From Prorocentrum cordatum (Eukaryota), in NCBI GenBank assembly GCA_963575745.1, contig CAUYUJ010000151.1:1-64000 (forward strand): a DNA stretch of 64,000 bases, written 5' to 3'. The notes below the pieces were generated by a model. That model was not told the origin of the DNA, did not search any database, and saw nothing but the letters and a program-made list of their open reading frames with translations. Made by a program: the position numbers and the translations under genes. Each line of letters opens with the position of its first letter. Within the stretch, counting starts at the first letter, position 1. Of this stretch, positions 25,385-36,917 are shown in pieces.

Positions 25385-28257
25385 GCGGGACCAATTTTCG
25401 TGAATCGAACACCGTCGCCGTTATATATGAGGAACGCCGGGCAAGAGTCGTCGAACGGGCCGCTCTCTTCCTCCTCCTCCCCCTCCTCCTCCTCCCTGCG
25501 CTGGCCGGGCAGGCCGCCAGGCCTCGAAGTTGAGCGGGGCGGTATGCGGGTCGGGCGCCGGGCCGTCGCCGCCGCTCCGCCGCCGCTGCCGCTGCTCCTC
25601 TCCGCCTCTCCTCCGTGCTCCCCTCTACCGCCTCTGCTCGCCTCTCCCCCCTCCTCCTCCTCCTCTGCCTCCTCAAACCTCACCTTAGCTCCCTCCGTGG
25701 TCACCGCCTGAACCTTAGCATGCTCGCTCAAAACCCTCTTCGAAGCTCCCCGGGACCTCGATTTTAACGAGAGATTGAGGGGCCTTTCGTCCACGTGGCC
25801 CTCTTCATCGATCAAGCACAAAGTGCCGCGAGTCAGCACGTCGTGCAAGGCAGCATTGCCGCGACTAGGGTCGATCTTAGTCAAAGGATCAGCCGGCATC
25901 ATGCCGTGAGGGAGCCACCGAACCTTCGATCCGATATTGCTCAACGAATCTCGAATAACCGCCATTTCAATGGCATTGCGACGACCCGCTCTCGATCCGG
26001 CGCTGTTCTTGGACAGCGTATCGAATACGCTCTTAGCGTCCACCACGGACAGAGATGAGGCCGAGTCTCCGATCTCGCAATCACGAGCCAGAATCACCGA
26101 GAAGGGCCCCTGGGAGGCCATCCAGTCGGGACGCTGAACGCCCCCAAAAACCACATCCCGCCACATGATCTGAAGCCACTGGGCTTCCGCCACAGCTCCA
26201 GAGAGTGCCAGAGTCTCAGCTGCGATCGTGCTGGCCACAACTCTCTTGAGCCGCTGGCTACGCCACGACAGCAGGCTCACTCTCGCACGGCGGTTCTCGC
26301 GAATGGCACCATCCGCCGCAAACGCGAGCCATCCAGCCTGAGCGCCCCCCCGGCGAGCGGATCCGGGACCTCCTGCGTCAGACGCGGTAACAAACGTAGT
26401 AGCAAGGGGATCGAGGGGCCAAATCGCAATGTGCTGGGAGGCTGAGGCACGAAGAAACTTGACTGCCTTATTCGCCATCAGGGCGTCCTCGACTGTCGGC
26501 TCAGGCAAAGCGGCCGCCAACAGCGAGGCGCTGCCGCAGACATCTGGGCGCGATTCGCGCGCCAGCCACTGGATCTGGGCCACGGTCGTCCTGTGAGACG
26601 AAATTTCCGCGGCAGTCAAGGCGCTCGAGGTCTCCCCTCGGCGATGCTTGTCAAGGGCAATGGGGGTCAATTGCTCACGGACGTATTTCTCCTGATCAAC
26701 GATTATCTTCGTTCCCTTCTGCTGTATATGCCGCCCCGCATAGTCAGCCTCCCCCTCCTCCCATTTACCGAACTTGAAGCGCTCAAAGAGGCGCTCCTTC
26801 AAACGCGAAAGCACCTTAGCATCTCCGGAGACGATCAAATCGTCCACCTCAATGAGCTCAAGGGACTGAAGCCGACCGGAGGCGGACCTTTGCAGCCAGA
26901 GACATGGCTCTAGAAGAGAACGCTGGAAACCAATCTCACTAAGATATTCCGCAAGGGTTCTATGCCACAGCAATGGGGCATCATTGAGGCCGTATACCGG
27001 CGCCACAAGCTCGATTAGGGTTTCTCCGGGCAGCCCGAGGCCAGAACATGCCTCAACATAAATCGCTCCCCGGGGCCGGACCAACTTATTGCTTTGGCAG
27101 AACGCGTTTTTCGCGTCCGCGATTCCCAGGGACCATTCCATGGACGCTATCACCTGGAGCACAAGCATTATCGACTCGGATTGTGGGGTGGGTGCGTACA
27201 CCTGGAGGGTATCACTGTCGGGGTCCTGGTGCCCCTGGACGCACCACCTGCTCTTCGCGGTGGGAGGGTTGCCGACCCCCTCGGAAGGCTTAAATCTCCT
27301 GACCATCCGCGAAGACAAAATACGATCCGGGTGACGCCGTCGCGTCAAGCGCGACTCCTCTAAGCTGAGGACGCGCGCCGCCCCGGAGGCTGTCATGGCC
27401 GCCCATTCCTTAGCATCTGACGCCACGAAACGCTCTCTCTCCTCCGGGCTCAGGTTTTTCAACTGGACCTCGGCACCTCGTCGAGGCACGGGCGGACTGG
27501 CGAGCCCTGAAAAACAATCCGGCAAATCAAGGAAAAAGGTACCCCCCTTATCGCAAGCGGCAAGAGAGGTGTCGCAAGTGAAACCTCGGGCCAGCAGCTC
27601 TTCGCACAACATCCGATCCTGATCGAGATCCTCATCCCCCCCGAGGTCCTCAAATCCCACCAGTCCCAGGACTGGTTCCCCCGTGACCGGATGTGGGTGC
27701 CAAGTAGGCTGGGGCCAGTCGCCTTCCCCTGGAGCGTCCGCCCCTCTCTCCCCAGACGGAGGGGGAGACCGGCTCCGACGACTCTCGGCCGTTCTTAAAA
27801 CCTGAGGCTCCGCCCGAGGTGCGAGCTCCCTGCCGCGGTCCCCGATGACCGAGCCAGAGCCCGCCGTCGCTCGAGAGGAGGAATCTGCGCCGGCGCCCTC
27901 GCGCTCGGTCACCATCCTGGCAACTCTTCCCGGGCCGGAAAGAGACTCCGCAGGAGTAAGATATTGGCCAGGCGCACGCACAGGAACCGAGGGCGGTGGA
28001 AGTCCCCAACTGGTCCTCACCGCTGCCCTCTCTCTTTCCAGCTCGGCCGTGCCGGAGGAGCTCTTGAACCCCCCCCTTCTCCGGGACGGGGCAGGGGCCC
28101 CCTCGGGAGCGCCTTCCGCCGGCCTTCGCGGGAGCCTCGCCGCCGGCTCCTCGGGGGGCTCAGAGTCGGAGTCGACCGCAACGACCTCTGGGGGCTCGGG
28201 GCCAGGGACGCGTCGGCCCAAGTCGATGGGCCGGGGAGGCGGGGCCGGAGCATCCAA
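25303..28257 (-). CDS. pol: Copia polyprotein: reverse transcriptase and RNase H portion
   Basis: RT motifs KSRWCVQGHQD, ADAKNAF, YGLNDAP, EVDDL. RNase H motifs ASDAG, AAETLA, VVDAKS, ADPLTK. Confidence 0.92.
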   Translation of the reverse strand: MDAPAPPPRPIDLGRRVPGPEPPEVVAVDSDSEPPEEPAARLPRRPAEGAPEGAPAPSRRRGGFKSSSGTAELERERAAVRTSWGLPPPSVPVRAPGQYLTPAESLSGPGRVARMVTEREGAGADSSSRATAGSGSVIGDRGRELAPRAEPQVLRTAESRRSRSPPPSGERGADAPGEGDWPQPTWHPHPVTGEPVLGLVGFEDLGGDEDLDQDRMLCEELLARGFTCDTSLAACDKGGTFFLDLPDCFSGLASPPVPRRGAEVQLKNLSPEERERFVASDAKEWAAMTASGAARVLSLEESRLTRRRHPDRILSSRMVRRFKPSEGVGNPPTAKSRWCVQGHQDPDSDTLQVYAPTPQSESIMLVLQVIASMEWSLGIADAKNAFCQSNKLVRPRGAIYVEACSGLGLPGETLIELVAPVYGLNDAPLLWHRTLAEYLSEIGFQRSLLEPCLWLQRSASGRLQSLELIEVDDLIVSGDAKVLSRLKERLFERFKFGKWEEGEADYAGRHIQQKGTKIIVDQEKYVREQLTPIALDKHRRGETSSALTAAEISSHRTTVAQIQWLARESRPDVCGSASLLAAALPEPTVEDALMANKAVKFLRASASQHIAIWPLDPLATTFVTASDAGGPGSARRGGAQAGWLAFAADGAIRENRRARVSLLSWRSQRLKRVVASTIAAETLALSGAVAEAQWLQIMWRDVVFGGVQRPDWMASQGPFSVILARDCEIGDSASSLSVVDAKSVFDTLSKNSAGSRAGRRNAIEMAVIRDSLSNIGSKVRWLPHGMMPADPLTKIDPSRGNAALHDVLTRGTLCLIDEEGHVDERPLNLSLKSRSRGASKRVLSEHAKVQAVTTEGAKVRFEEAEEEEEGGEASRGGRGEHGGEAERSSGSGGGAAATARRPTRIPPRSTSRPGGLPGQRREEEEGEEEEESGPFDDSCPAFLIYNGDGVRFTKIGPAVFPRPLRARGAFSPSGPFGSLPAPVA

Positions 28258-28324
28258 CGCTCGACGCAGGTCCTCGGGCAGGGGCTCATACTCCGAGATC
28301 TGCCTGGGGAACGTGGACCCCTAC

Positions 28325-28630
28325 CCGACTCCCCCCCTGCCCCCCCCCCCCTCGACAACAAACCCCCGCCCCCCCCCCACCCCCACCCAAACTCCCACCC
28401 CCGCCCACTCCCCCGACCCCTCCCCCCCCCCCGACCCACCCACCCCGGACCACTCCCCCCCCGCCACCCCTCCCCCCACCCACCCCGGACCCCCGCCCCC
28501 CCTCCACCCCCCCCCCCCCCACCCCCCCCCCCCCCCCCCCCCCCCCCACCCCACACACCCCCGACCCCCCCACCCCCCCCCCCCCACCCCAACCGCCCCC
28601 CCCCCAACCACACCCCCCACCCCCCCACCG
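28325..28630. other. C-rich garbled tract between the integrase and RT ORFs (probable low-quality sequence)
   Basis: Mostly C runs; splits what should be one polyprotein. Confidence 0.6.
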
Positions 28631-28654
28631 AAGCAGGTGCCGCCGGGGCCTCCA

Positions 28655-31186
28655 CTACGGCCGGCGGGGCACCTGGGGCCCTCGCGGGCCTCCGGACCTC
28701 GCTTTCCGGAGCGCCCAGGTCGCCTGGGACATCCCAGGCCTCAGGGGGGGAGGACCCTCAGCAGCAACATCCACCGCGCCCACTCGCTTCCCCGGGTTTC
28801 TCAACTCCTGCCGAAGTTGGTCAAACCGAGGGTTGTCGAGCAGCTCCGCGCCCAATGCCTCAGGCCGCGTGGCGGGGCGGATCTGCTCGATCGAGCATTT
28901 CAGCAGACGGTGGCGCATGGCCACCCACACCGTGCTGCGGGCCTGGAAAACCACGGCCCCGGGGCCCGTCCAGCGGTCTCGCTGCAAGTCGTGACTTCGG
29001 TTGGCCGAAGTGATTTTCCTCCAGACGTACACCCATTCCCCCAGCTGGTAGACCTTGTCCACATGTCGGCGTGCCTTAGACGCCTCGGCGAGCCGATCAC
29101 GGGCATCATGAGCCGCTAGGGCCCGCTGCGCTTCGGACCTCAATTGATGAGCCCGAGCGATAGCTGCTGCCGCCGTGTCTTGGTCCACGGCACTGGCCCG
29201 GAGATCCTCGACCCCAACATCATCCACCGCGTCGTCGCTCAGCATGGACCTCGGGACCCGGGGGTGTTCCCCGAAAACCATCTGCGCCGGGCTGTACCCT
29301 CCCCGGTGGAAGGTACGGTTCTTGCCTGAGACCACCTCACAAAGCAGCATGTCCACCTCCTGTCGGCTCGTCGGGGTGGCCGACAGAGAGGCCCGAGACA
29401 CAGCATTCTTCACGATGCCACCGTGGCGCTCGCACTTGCCATTAAAATGGGGTGAATTGGCGGGTATCACCTGCAAGTAGATTCCGTGATGTTCACAGCC
29501 TCTCGAGAAGCTCGCTCCGAATTCGGCGCCGCCGTCGGAGAGAATCATCTCAGGAAGGCCGAACGGACGAATCCACCAGCGGGCGAGAGCCGCCCATGCC
29601 GTCGCCGAGCGGTCATCCTCTAAAAGACAGCACTGCTGGTAGCTGGTGCCATGGTCCACCATATTGAGAACCGGTAAACTTTCACCCTGGAACTCAAGGT
29701 AAAAGAGATCAACTGACAACAACCGGTTGAATCGATACGTTCGGGAAAGATGGGCCTTTCTTCGCCAGTAGGGACGGGAGTGTGAAGCACAGTGAGGGCA
29801 TTGAAACTTGTGCTTCACCCAGTGAAGAATCTCTGGTCGAGCCCCAGCTATCCGAAAGGTCCAGACGAAGTCATCCAACATAGGATGGCCGAGGTTCACG
29901 TGCAGCTTCGAGATTTCTTCCTGGAGGCCCTTGGCCACGTCCTGGGGGTTCCCGGGGGACCGGACCGGCTGGGCAGCCGCCTCTTCGTCTTCGGAAGCCG
30001 GGGCACCAGCGCCATCAGCCTCTGGGCCGTCGTCGGGCCGAGCCTCGAGACCTTCGGCGCCAGAGGGGAAGACTGGGGCGCTCAAGCTGGCCTCACGCTG
30101 CCACAGCGCTGACTCGAGCCCGTTCGCCAGCGCCGCCACGAGCTTGGAAGGGTAGCGCTGCGCCTTGCGTGTCCTGCTGCCCCCCTCCAGGGGGAGATGC
30201 TCGTGCTGCCCAGTGCACCTCCTGCCGCACTCTTCCAGAAAGGCCCCCTGACTGGCCAGGAACCGGGTCGGTTTCTTAGAGAGGGTCCCCGGGGCCACGG
30301 AGAGGCCGCATCGGCACTGGTCCAAAACTCGGGAAACCACTCCCGGCGAGGACGCGATCACCTCCACGCACTCCAGTTCCCAAGAGCTGGCCGACTCGGG
30401 ATGCTCAAGCACGAAGTCTCTCCCGAGGGACATCTGGTAAGCCGCTATCTCGCAGCACAATTGCATGAAGGCGAGACCCTTACGCTCGGTCTCGTCCCTC
30501 TCGCTCTGGCCCATGCGGTCCCAATTGCTGGCGAAAGCGACGCTGAAAGCTCGACGCACGGGCGACATCGAGATGCATTGGGGTTGGTCCTTCCTAATCA
30601 AGTCCCACAGCCTCTTGATCCCCTCCGGGGTGTCTAAGTCCCAGCCGGTCTCGGAGTCGACGGCGGGAGACACCCGATACCCTCTCTTGGCCAGAAGGGC
30701 CGAAACTCGAACGGGGGAGAAAACTTCGAGAAGGGAAGTCCCTCCTCTCCGGGCCTCGGACGAGATGAGCTGACGCCTCCTCCAGGCGTGCTTCTTGTCA
30801 ACCCCCGAGCCATCTAGGGCCTGAAGGGCTGCCTGACGAACCTTGCGTGGAACTGTGGGGGCCTCCAGCTCTTCCGAAACCCCTGCAAGCCTCAGGGCCA
30901 CGAACGCGTCGGACTCCACGACGTAGTACCGACCAGCCCCCTTAGCTCCCGGACCACAACTACCGGCCTCCCGAGCGGCCGATCGGGGCACGCTATCCGC
31001 TAAGCTGGTGGCATCGTCGCTCCGAGTCCCAAGCCCGCTGAGGCCATCTGAGGCCGCGACCCCTCCGGGCCCGCTCTGAGGCCCAGGCCGACTAAGGCCT
31101 GCTGAGACCGTGACTTGCCTCCTCGCTCTCTCCTCATCCTCCTCACGCTCCTCCTGATCCTCCTCCACCCTGGACGTCCAGATCAA
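28655..31186 (-). CDS. pol: Copia polyprotein: C5-methyltransferase-like domain followed by integrase
   Basis: MTase-like motifs LLEVFS, MSPVR, FVLEHP, DQC..KKPTRF and AQRYP (~30735-30100). Integrase motifs HVNLGH..CPHC, VDLF, SDGGAEF, GKCERHGG and RWTGPG. Confidence 0.88.
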   Translation of the reverse strand: MIWTSRVEEDQEEREEDEERARRQVTVSAGLSRPGPQSGPGGVAASDGLSGLGTRSDDATSLADSVPRSAAREAGSCGPGAKGAGRYYVVESDAFVALRLAGVSEELEAPTVPRKVRQAALQALDGSGVDKKHAWRRRQLISSEARRGGTSLLEVFSPVRVSALLAKRGYRVSPAVDSETGWDLDTPEGIKRLWDLIRKDQPQCISMSPVRRAFSVAFASNWDRMGQSERDETERKGLAFMQLCCEIAAYQMSLGRDFVLEHPESASSWELECVEVIASSPGVVSRVLDQCRCGLSVAPGTLSKKPTRFLASQGAFLEECGRRCTGQHEHLPLEGGSRTRKAQRYPSKLVAALANGLESALWQREASLSAPVFPSGAEGLEARPDDGPEADGAGAPASEDEEAAAQPVRSPGNPQDVAKGLQEEISKLHVNLGHPMLDDFVWTFRIAGARPEILHWVKHKFQCPHCASHSRPYWRRKAHLSRTYRFNRLLSVDLFYLEFQGESLPVLNMVDHGTSYQQCCLLEDDRSATAWAALARWWIRPFGLPEMILSDGGAEFGASFSRGCEHHGIYLQVIPANSPHFNGKCERHGGIVKNAVSRASLSATPTSRQEVDMLLCEVVSGKNRTFHRGGYSPAQMVFGEHPRVPRSMLSDDAVDDVGVEDLRASAVDQDTAAAAIARAHQLRSEAQRALAAHDARDRLAEASKARRHVDKVYQLGEWVYVWRKITSANRSHDLQRDRWTGPGAVVFQARSTVWVAMRHRLLKCSIEQIRPATRPEALGAELLDNPRFDQLRQELRNPGKRVGAVDVAAEGPPPLRPGMSQATWALRKARSGGPRGPQVPRRP

Positions 31187-32326
31187 TCGAGCAGTCCGAA
31201 GCCTTTTCCTGGCTAAGTTTCTTACCCAGCTCTCTGTAGCAGACGTGCCGCCACAACGAGTCTAGCAGAACAGAACCTTCGCGGCGGACCCTAATTCTGT
31301 GAATGCCAGCCGGCATGAGGCTCCTGGGCGGCCGACCGCCGCTCTTGCCCAGAGCCACTCCGACAAAGAAAGCAAACCGATCCGTCGCTCCGAGAGTCCG
31401 AGAATGCCATCCGAGCTCGTCGCTGACATGATCGAGAGAGACCTCTCGAGCCCCGATCCGATCCCAGATGCCCCGAGCGCGTCCCGGGGCAGAGGGCCCG
31501 TCACGGACCTGACGATCGCGGACCATCTGGACCGAGAGATCGTGGAGGACCAGATCGCTGATCTCGGACGGGGCGAGCTTGCCGATCGATCGCTTCTGAT
31601 CTATCTCGGGCCAGTCTCCTAGCGCCGCCCAGGAGCTCCTCAGAGGTGCGGGTTCCCCTCCAGGTCGTGCTCCTCCTGCGGCTCGGCTGCCGCGTGGAGA
31701 GCTGCCGCGTCCGCGGCCCTGATCCGGCGCGCCAGGCGCATGATCTCCTCGTCGCTCATCGGGCCCGCCGGGCGCACTGGAACCGTCGCAAGCCCCAGCT
31801 GGACTTCGGCGAGTTGCTCTGCCATCACGTGCATCTGGTCGAGCAAGGTCTTCATTTGGTTGGACTGCAATTGCTGTGCCGAGAGAGCCGAGAGCGGCGG
31901 CGGCATCCTCCTGCCCGGGACGGGCGGCGGCGAGTGCGCCGGAGGCACGGCACGCGTCGCCGGAGGGCTCTTCACCGCCGTCGGCGGCACGCCCGCCGGA
32001 AGGTCGGACGGCTCGAGCACCGACATCCTGGACTGGATGAGCTTCCTCGCCTCCTCGAGCTCCGAGGGGTTCGGGCCGCCCGAGCCGCTGCTGGTACCCG
32101 GGGCCCACTTCGGGCGAGCTCCCGGGGCGGTCGGGCGCGGGGGCTCGTGCGGCACTGGCGCTGCCGCCCAGGGGCCGCCCTGCGAGTAGCCGTCCACCAT
32201 GCTCTCGCGCTCCGCCTTCTCGAACTCCCGCTTGGCCTGCTGCGCCGACTCCTTCTTCGCGGACCTCGCCTGCTTCTTCGCCTCCGCTGACGCCTTCTCG
32301 GCCGGGGTTTTGTCCCGCAACGACAA
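31143..32326 (-). pseudogene. Upstream frameshifted part of the retrotransposon polyprotein (low-complexity/coiled-coil)
   Basis: ORFs 31640-32326 and 31143-32108 are contiguous with the integrase ORF and open up to the TIR junction. Confidence 0.5.
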
Positions 32327-32328
32327 CC

Positions 32329-32476
32329 CCCTGTGGTCCGGAGGATCTGTTTTTTAGATCCTGCGCTTTTCATCACCAGGATCTATTTTTCTATGTTTTT
32401 ATGTCAGGATCTATTTTATCACTTGGGATCTATTTTATCACTTGGGATCTATTTTATCACTTGGGATCTATTTTCA
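32329..32476 (+). repeat. Left TIR (32329-32363) plus 5 subterminal GGATCTATTTT repeats
   Basis: CCCTGTGGTCCGGAGGATCTGTTTTTTAGATCCTG, followed by units such as GGGATCTATTTTATCACTT. Confidence 0.9.
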
Positions 32477-32749
32477 TATTTTTTGATACGAGGCAGCGAA
32501 CATGAAAAATATTGTACTTTGCAAGATTTGTAGGAAACCAGGATTCCGCTTTAAAAACGGCGACGCCAGTGCCATCTTCAGCAATGGCCCGAACATATAT
32601 CAGTAACAATGAAAACAAACAATATGGCAAATAAGGGTGGGGACATTGGAGGGAAAAAAGCTGCACGACGGGATGGAATGGGGACGGGGGGGAGGAAGTG
32701 GAGGATGCCCTTCCAGGATAGGGCAATCTGTTTTGCATTGGGCGCACGT

Positions 32750-33082
32750 GTCCCAAAGGCCCCGAAGAGGGCCCCAAGATGGCCCAAGAGGCGACCAAGA
32801 CGGCCCATGGAGGACCCCAAAACGGCTCCAAGAGGGGTCCCGAACAAGGAACGCGGACCGACAATGCGAGTTTTCCGCCCCAAGCGCCCCATTGGATGAG
32901 GCCCCAAGAGGCTCGAAGGAGACCAAGAAAGGCCCTCGAGGTCCCGAAAAGATGCCCAAGGGGCTTCCAGATTGCTTGTACGCTCCTGAGAGGCCTCCCG
33001 CGAGATCCAAACGAGCATCCAAGAGGCTTCTGGTCGACCCACAACCCAAGCACGGTGGCGGGATAGGCCGAAGGCCGCTAGA
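32750..33082 (+). mobile_element. 3' portion of a related Helitron-like non-autonomous element
   Basis: GGCCCAAGA-type repeats ending GCACGGTGGCGGGATA-GGCCGAAGGCC-GCTAGA|T. The 5' boundary is not defined. Confidence 0.65.
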
Positions 33083-33199
33083 TACGGACGCTCAACCACG
33101 CGAGGCGACGCCGTCGCCATCGCTGAAAGTCATACTGTTCCTCATTCTCCTCCTCCTCCTCCTCCTCCTTCTCCTCCTCCTCCTCCTCCTCCTCCTCAC

Positions 33200-33363
33200 C
33201 CTCCCATCCCGCCCTCTCCCCGGGGAGGTGCCCCCCTCGCGTCCGAGCCCGAGCCCGAGTGGCCGTCGGCGGTCTTCGGCGGCATTCGGAAGCGTTCGGC
33301 AGCATTAGGCGGCCCTCGGTCGGTTGGAGTCGGGATCTCGCGAGTCGGTGTGGGTGGCATCGG
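33200..33363 (+). repeat. Internal direct repeat, copy 1
   Basis: Shares CTCCCATCCCGCCCTCTCCCC..GGCATTCGGAAGCGTTCGGCAGCATTAGGCGGCCCTCG..TCGGTGTGGGTGRCATCGG with 40040-40428. Confidence 0.85.
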
Positions 33364-33814
33364 TTTTTCCTCACAGTGCGGAGGTCGAGAGCTGAAAGCA
33401 GAGGGTCGACGTGCGCGCCAGCGGCGAGCGTGACGTACAGTCACGAACAAAAAGTTCTGCACGGTGTTTAAATAGAGCCACGTGCCATCACGCACCATAC
33501 GTCTTCGTTGTCGTCGGATCGTCCGTGTGTTGCGTCTTCGTCGCCACCGTCGTCGTTGTCGTTGCGTCCCTCCCCGTGGTAGCTGCACGCCGCCCTCCCG
33601 CCATCCAGGTTCCGTCGTCGTCCGTTCCCGTCCTCAGCCTTTCCCTGCATGCATCCTTCCCCCCCGTCGTCCCTTCATCCTCCTATTTCTCTTGGTTCCC
33701 GCGCCCCACACTCCCCCTCCCATCATTCCCCTCATCATTACATCATTTGGCTCTGGGTGCTCCGCACCCGTGGCTCGATTGACAGACGGCGCAAAATGCG
33801 CTGCTGTGGCCTCG

Positions 33815-34789
33815 CTAGGTGCCCTCGTTCCAAACAAGGCTGTCCTCGTAGGGTGGCTGCGTGCCATCCTCAAGGCGCTCGTCAATCGGCGGCGGCGGGT
33901 CTACACCGAGCCTCGCAACCTCGTCACGGAACTTGGCTCCTCCACTTTTTGCGGGGTGGCCAGGGATCCAGCGACCACGCTCCTGATAGTCAACCGTATC
34001 CGCCGTAGCACCGTCCAGCTGCTGGATCGTGTGCTTGTTATTCTGGGCGAGCCCCAGTGGGGCTTTTGCCTTGGCAGAAATCGCGAGCATGATGGGTGCG
34101 CTGAGATTGCTTGTGCTTGGCCCCGCATCCGTCAGATGATCTGCTGATGGCGGCTGCGGGGTTGCTTCTGGCGGCACCGTCTCTACCACCGTCGGCGTTG
34201 GACCCTTCAGGATGGCATCCTTCGGCGGCGGCGGTGGCTTCTCAGCTGGCTCGGATGAAGCTGGCGCTGCATCTGGGTCTCCATTCGGAGAGGCGGGGAT
34301 GTACACAGGGACGTCTTCCGCTTCAGGGTCAGGCGGGTGCGCTGCCGACGAGACGCGCGGTGCCTTCTGTTTCGGCTCGTCTTCGTCATTCAGCATCCTG
34401 AAACGGTCGCGCCTCTCCTTTGAAGGTCGATCGGCTTCGGGCGGATCTCTATCAAAATCGGGATGTGCAAGATGTGGCTGCGGCGGTAGTCCTGTGGGAG
34501 GTGGTCTATGTTGAGTGTCACCTTCGGGTGCATGCTCATCTCCAGTTCGCCCCTGGAGCCCCCCATGGGTGGTGTGTATCTGGCTAGGGCCGCGCGCACG
34601 GTGCACTGTGATAAACGACTCGAGCCGCGAAGCTGCTGAGGACCCAAAATCCGAACGCACGAAATCGAGCCTGCAATTTGCATCCGCCCAAGCCCAAACC
34701 CTGAGCCGCCCGAGTCTGATTTCAGTGATTCGTTCGGGGTGTGTTTTCGAGAACGAGTGTTTCCGCTCGCTGGAACAGTCCGTGCTCAC
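33815..34789 (-). pseudogene. Uncharacterised, probably degenerate cargo ORF
   Basis: 324-aa ORF with a Pro/acidic linker, same strand as its neighbours; no family recognised. Confidence 0.35.
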
Positions 34790-35847
34790 GTCGGCGCGGC
34801 TGTGCTACCAACAGCACCGCGTGGTTGCTGTGCGTAGATTACCAACGCACCAGGCATCCAAGAAAACATAACTGCTGCAGCCATCGCTGCATCGGAAGAC
34901 TGCGCCCACACACGGACTCGCCGACCACACCTAGTTGAAACACGTGCAGCGGCATGACCGCGTGCGCATGGCAGTCCACCGACAACGTTAAAGCAACGCA
35001 GACAAGGGCTGGCTCTCCCAACGGAGGTGTAGCCCGCACCATGCCCTTCATCACACAGATGGGCTTCGAACTTAATGAGGTCTCACGCAGGCCACACAAC
35101 TCCTACGCGGTCCTACGCGCCGCGTAGGACCGCGTAGGACCTCATAGGACCCCACAGGGCCCACCATTATGAGTTACAGCTGCACTGCCGTCGCGGCGAC
35201 CACTCGCGCGTGCCTTGTGAGACCCCAATAGTATGAAGCACAGCTGGTGTACCCGCGCGTGCAGTCCAAGCATGGATTGATCCCCCCGGGTTCCATTCAC
35301 TGCTGATGCCCACCCCCGTTTAGCATATGTTGAGCTGGGGACATATGTCGAAGTACTGCGCATGCGGGACATTACTGCATTAATTAGCAACTAGCGAGTG
35401 CGAAGGGAGAGACTGAAAAGTGCGCGGCAATGGCATTGGCAATTGGCAACGCCTCCAAAACACTCCTCCCTCCTCCTCCCTCATCCCCCTCGTCCTCCTC
35501 CTCCCTCCTCCTCCCTCCTCCCTCCTCCTCCCTCTTCATCCTCCTCCCTCCTCGTCTCCTCCTCCTCCTCCTCCTCCATCCTCCTCCCTTCGCATCCTCC
35601 TCGAGGTTCAAGCGGTCCTATGGACAGCCTAGGACCACGTAGGACCCCACAGGACCCCTCCGGGGACCACATGGCCCCGCCAGGGACCGCAAGAGCCCGC
35701 CGGGGACCACACCAAGCCCACCTGGGCCTTCCACAACTACCCTGCCGTTTCGCTGCATGCCTGTTATCCTCTACTAGGTCTTTGTGTTTCTCTAACAGCT
35801 CGTGTGCCACGTTGCCACGCAGCGTGCCTGCAAAAGCCAATGCATTC

Positions 35848-36912
35848 TTAAAACTCCATCGGGTAAAAAGCCGAAGCGGCAGTTGATTCAACGACGCACG
35901 CCGCAATGGCCTTGGCAAACTCATCTGGATATGCTGCAGAGTCCACCAGGGCGTCGCGATTGCCTTCGGTCGAGGACCCAGTCTCGATGTACAGCTTGGT
36001 TCTCGATTGTGCCCCACCACCCGCATCGCCGCGGCGCGCTTGCCTAACCAGCCGAGACATCGCTATGCTCGCATCCAGGTTAGTGTACAGCTCGAGCTGC
36101 TTCTCGGAAGGCGCGCCGAACTGGTGCAGCGATGTAGTGTATCGCTTGCCATTCCCTGTCACTATCGCATTGCAGATCCACGGCACGCGGTACAGCAGGC
36201 TATTGAGTGGCTGCTCGATGCCGAAATTGATTCGCTTCACGTTACAAAGCAACAATAGCCACGCCACTACAACCGATCCAAAGTTTGCCGCCGTGGACTT
36301 GGCGACATTCTCCTGGCCAAGGATGGACCAGCCGCGCATCTCCCTGGAGTACGCACCCCTGCAAAGAAACGATAACCACGTCTTACACTCTGGGCTGAAC
36401 CAAGCGAGTCCATCTTCGACGATCGATGCGATGATCCATGCACAGTAGAATACACCGACTAAGGTGGTGATGTCCTCTGATTTATCATCCTCCCTGTCAA
36501 ACGTGATTGCAACCATGCCCACACTGCGAGCGAAATGTGCTGCTGAACCCTTGCCAGAGAAGATCCGCCAGCCCATTGGGGCGTCCAGGTCAGAGGAGCG
36601 CATCTCGTGCAATCAAAGCATCGTTTGCATTTGTTGGAGGGAAGCCACTGCTGGAATCGCAGTTGCTACGTGTGTCCGTTTCTGGAGTCAGCGGATGGCG
36701 TCAGCCTCCCATATCAGTCCGAGGTGCGTCTTGCGCGGCACAGACCATGTCTGTAGCTCTGCCTCTGCCAGACGCACCGCAACAGTAGGATCGATGCCTA
36801 GCGGAGTTAATGCTGCCTCCTCGCTGTAACCTGCTCGGGCAGCGGCGGCTCTGGCTGACGACGCTATCCACTCTGGCACGCCAGGTGCATCGAGGTGCTC
36901 AGGCAGAGCCAT
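35848..36912 (-). CDS. C5 cytosine DNA methyltransferase (two in-frame TGA codons upstream of the catalytic domain)
   Basis: Motif I IFSGKG, II/III FDRED..EDI, IV FSPEC, VI GIEQP, VIII GAPSEKQLEL, X SAAYP in ORF 35848-36612. The ATG at 36912 is in the same frame, with TGA at 36690-36688 and 36615-36613. Confidence 0.8.
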
Positions 36913-36917
36913 GGCGG

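Larger units (their letters stand above)
25185..32328 (-). mobile_element. Ty1/Copia LTR retrotransposon, 5'-truncated at the TIR element
   Basis: Domain order integrase-RT-RNase H, with a candidate 3' LTR. No gag, protease or 5' LTR is visible in the window. Confidence 0.9.
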
